Assembly (NCBI RefSeq): GCF_964204645.1
Contig: NC_134031.1
Coordinates: 6,882,001 to 6,946,000 of the forward strand
Origin: Tubulanus polymorphus
Lineage: Eukaryota; Animalia; Nemertea
Length of the DNA: 64,000 nt
Reading direction: 5' to 3'
Position 1 is the stretch's first letter; every line of letters begins with the position of its first letter. The position numbers and the translations under genes are program-made. Below the pieces are notes generated by a model. The model ran no database searches. It was not told the DNA's origin and saw only the letters and a list, made by a program, of their open reading frames with translations. This document shows positions 61,844 through 64,000 of the stretch, piece by piece.

Positions 61844-63204
61844 CTGAAAAACACAAATAAAAGATTAGAACAAGTAATCAGACACACATCACATTCGAAC
61901 TCATAACACCAGATTTTTTACACCGTAAAGGCAGTTACAAAAATATTTTCATGCATTCCTAACTATCCGAAGTGTGTGAATTTGTGTGCCAATCAATATA
62001 ACAAATATAGCTGCAAAGCAGCAAGTACAGGTTTTCTGCACAGCTGCATCATCAATGAAGGCTATTACTGCATCAAAATCAGCCTGGGTTCAGACATTTA
62101 AGCAATATGTATGTTATTTGTCAAGGCATCAGTTAACTATTACATTGGTTTTCTTGTTGGGAAATGCTTCTTTTTGAATGAATGCTGAAAGCTGTGGGCC
62201 AGGATGGAAATATTTGATATCAAAATCAGTCAGGGACTTTATATCTCTGGGAGAAACTAGTGAACTTTTCTTTGTGAACTAGTGAACGTTTTTAAGAGTA
62301 ATTTTAATGTGTTTTTGCAGCCTAATTTTTATCTTAAACCGCACCAGTCTATAGATGTTCATTACTATTATCAAAAATACAGAAAGTGTATCCCATTATG
62401 TATTTTGCTTTATGTATTTTTGCTATTATTATTAAGCTCTAGTAGTAGTAGTAGTAGAAGTAGTAGTCTTAAACCATACAGAAATAGATAGAAAAATGCA
62501 ATGAGTTAAATCATATAACTAGATTCCAAATAAATACCCTTGTTGATCATTGGACAGAATAATAAAGGACCATGGGTCCAGTAGGATCAACTGAGTATAT
62601 TTCATTTTTGAGCACAAAACTCGATTTATACTCAGATTTGCAGTTACATATCAAGTTGAAATCTTGGTGCACTGAATAGATTTAGGCATGTTCAACTTTG
62701 ATGATATACATAGTAATGGGTTTCCCCATGACAATCATGGCAATCAATGCTATGTTCTATATGTAAGTTCTCAATACCGGTGGTAACGATGTCACTGGGA
62801 AAGTCCTTCAGTTCCAACATTGAACTTGGATGCTGAAGGGCTTTCCCAGTCATGTCATTATCGAGAGATAAGGTCAAGCATCGATTAGTAGAATGGGGAA
62901 AAATTCATAGAAATTTTGCACATTTCCTCCCAGTACTTCCAAATAGCTATTGATGAAACTTGCCATATCAATTCCATCACCACCTTTCAATTTCATCAAT
63001 TTCCCTCCTAATGACAAAATATCAGCGGTGTATATCCAGTGATTGCAATTTGTGCCAACAAGAGCCAACAGAAAGTTACTCTCAGAACCATTCCACAAAA
63101 ACTAACAAAAGAATATATGCAAATATCCAAAACGATCAAAACGAATTCCCTGAAACCAAAAACACGGAATCCTTTCGATCCTAGTAAATAATAGCTGTAC
63201 TTAC

Positions 63205-63403
63205 ACTTTCTAAATATTCTTCCCAGTTCGAGTTTCGCGCTGTCGTTTCGACTGTGTGACTGGCCGAGTTGAATTCGCGTTCCACTTTCGTCCAGTTGAT
63301 TTTGATGTAACCGCGATGTTGCGCTAACTGTATTAACAGTAGACTACCGCCAAGCGCAGTGGCAGCCGCTTTACCGACCTTCGAGAACAAGTAACCAGCG
63401 CAC
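63205..63403 (-). CDS. FUNDC1: FUN14 domain-containing protein (FUNDC1/2), penultimate exon
   Basis: (W)CAGYLFSKVGKAAATALGGSLLLIQLAQHRGYIKINWTKVE is the FUN14 signature; aag acceptor and AGT|GTAAGT donor. Upstream exons are outside the window. Confidence 0.93.
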
Positions 63404-64000
63404 CTTAAGAAATAGAATGTTTTGAAATCAACAATTGTCTTTAGTTGAATATTTGGTGCTAAAACACCACAGTGGCGGATCCGGGGGGGGGGGGTGCTTT
63501 TTTCAGCTGTATTTTTTTGTATCATTTCTAATTTCAACCAGGAAAGTGCTCAGATTGCACCTAAATGCATCTAATTTTTCAAAATTTTCTTCCGGAGGAA
63601 CGTCCCCAGACTCCTAATGTGCAAGTAGTGACCCAGGTAAGTAGTGCGCACCCTCTTTCCGAAATGCTAGATCCGCCCCTGCGCTACACAATACGATCAT
63701 TCTCCTCTCTGTTGGTAATTCATATTTGGCCCTATGTTACTTCTACTGCGCACTCATGACCTAACTTGGCCATAGTTTTCACTACGCAAATGCATCATTA
63801 GTGAACTGAAACGGAGGCAAGTGGCACGGAATTTAAAAGAAATGTGAAACGTCAGGACTTCTGTCTGGTATACTATATAAGGAAGCAAACCATCGCTGAT
63901 TCGCTATGGTCTGATCATGTGAAATACAACGAAATTACTGAAGCCATTTGACTGCCGTTAGGCTCAATAAAGTCCCATTAATATCCATTGATTTTCGCAG

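Overview
AT-rich, intron-rich animal genomic DNA, probably an invertebrate; the species cannot be identified from sequence alone. Most of the window is one 17-exon + strand gene (5784-54876, about 1243 aa) encoding an Ack-like/PR2 non-receptor tyrosine kinase (SAM, kinase, SH3, CRIB, Pro-rich region, UBA-like domain). I assembled it by hand and every junction is GT-AG and phase-consistent. On the left, a divergently transcribed unidentified gene (MATKAE..., with an IKQE motif) shares a roughly 300-bp promoter region. On the right lie the last two exons of a convergent FUNDC1/2 gene. Introns are packed with non-autonomous DNA transposons (piggyBac with TTAA, PIF/Harbinger with TWA and CWG, elements with 5- and 6-bp TSDs), LINE 3' ends and minisatellites. 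Most notable observations: (1) fold-back Penelope-type elements carrying minimal hammerhead ribozymes, intact only antisense to the host gene; (2) a hidden TATA/Inr-driven alternative first coding exon that would replace half of the SAM domain with a Tyr-rich acidic peptide; (3) a Borg/CDC42EP BD3-like septin-binding motif downstream of the CRIB; (4) a first-exon donor switch that turns the start codon into a uORF; (5) a candidate microexon that would remove the UBA domain; (6) a perfect 31-bp hairpin in the probable 3' UTR. There is no CRISPR or prokaryotic system here.
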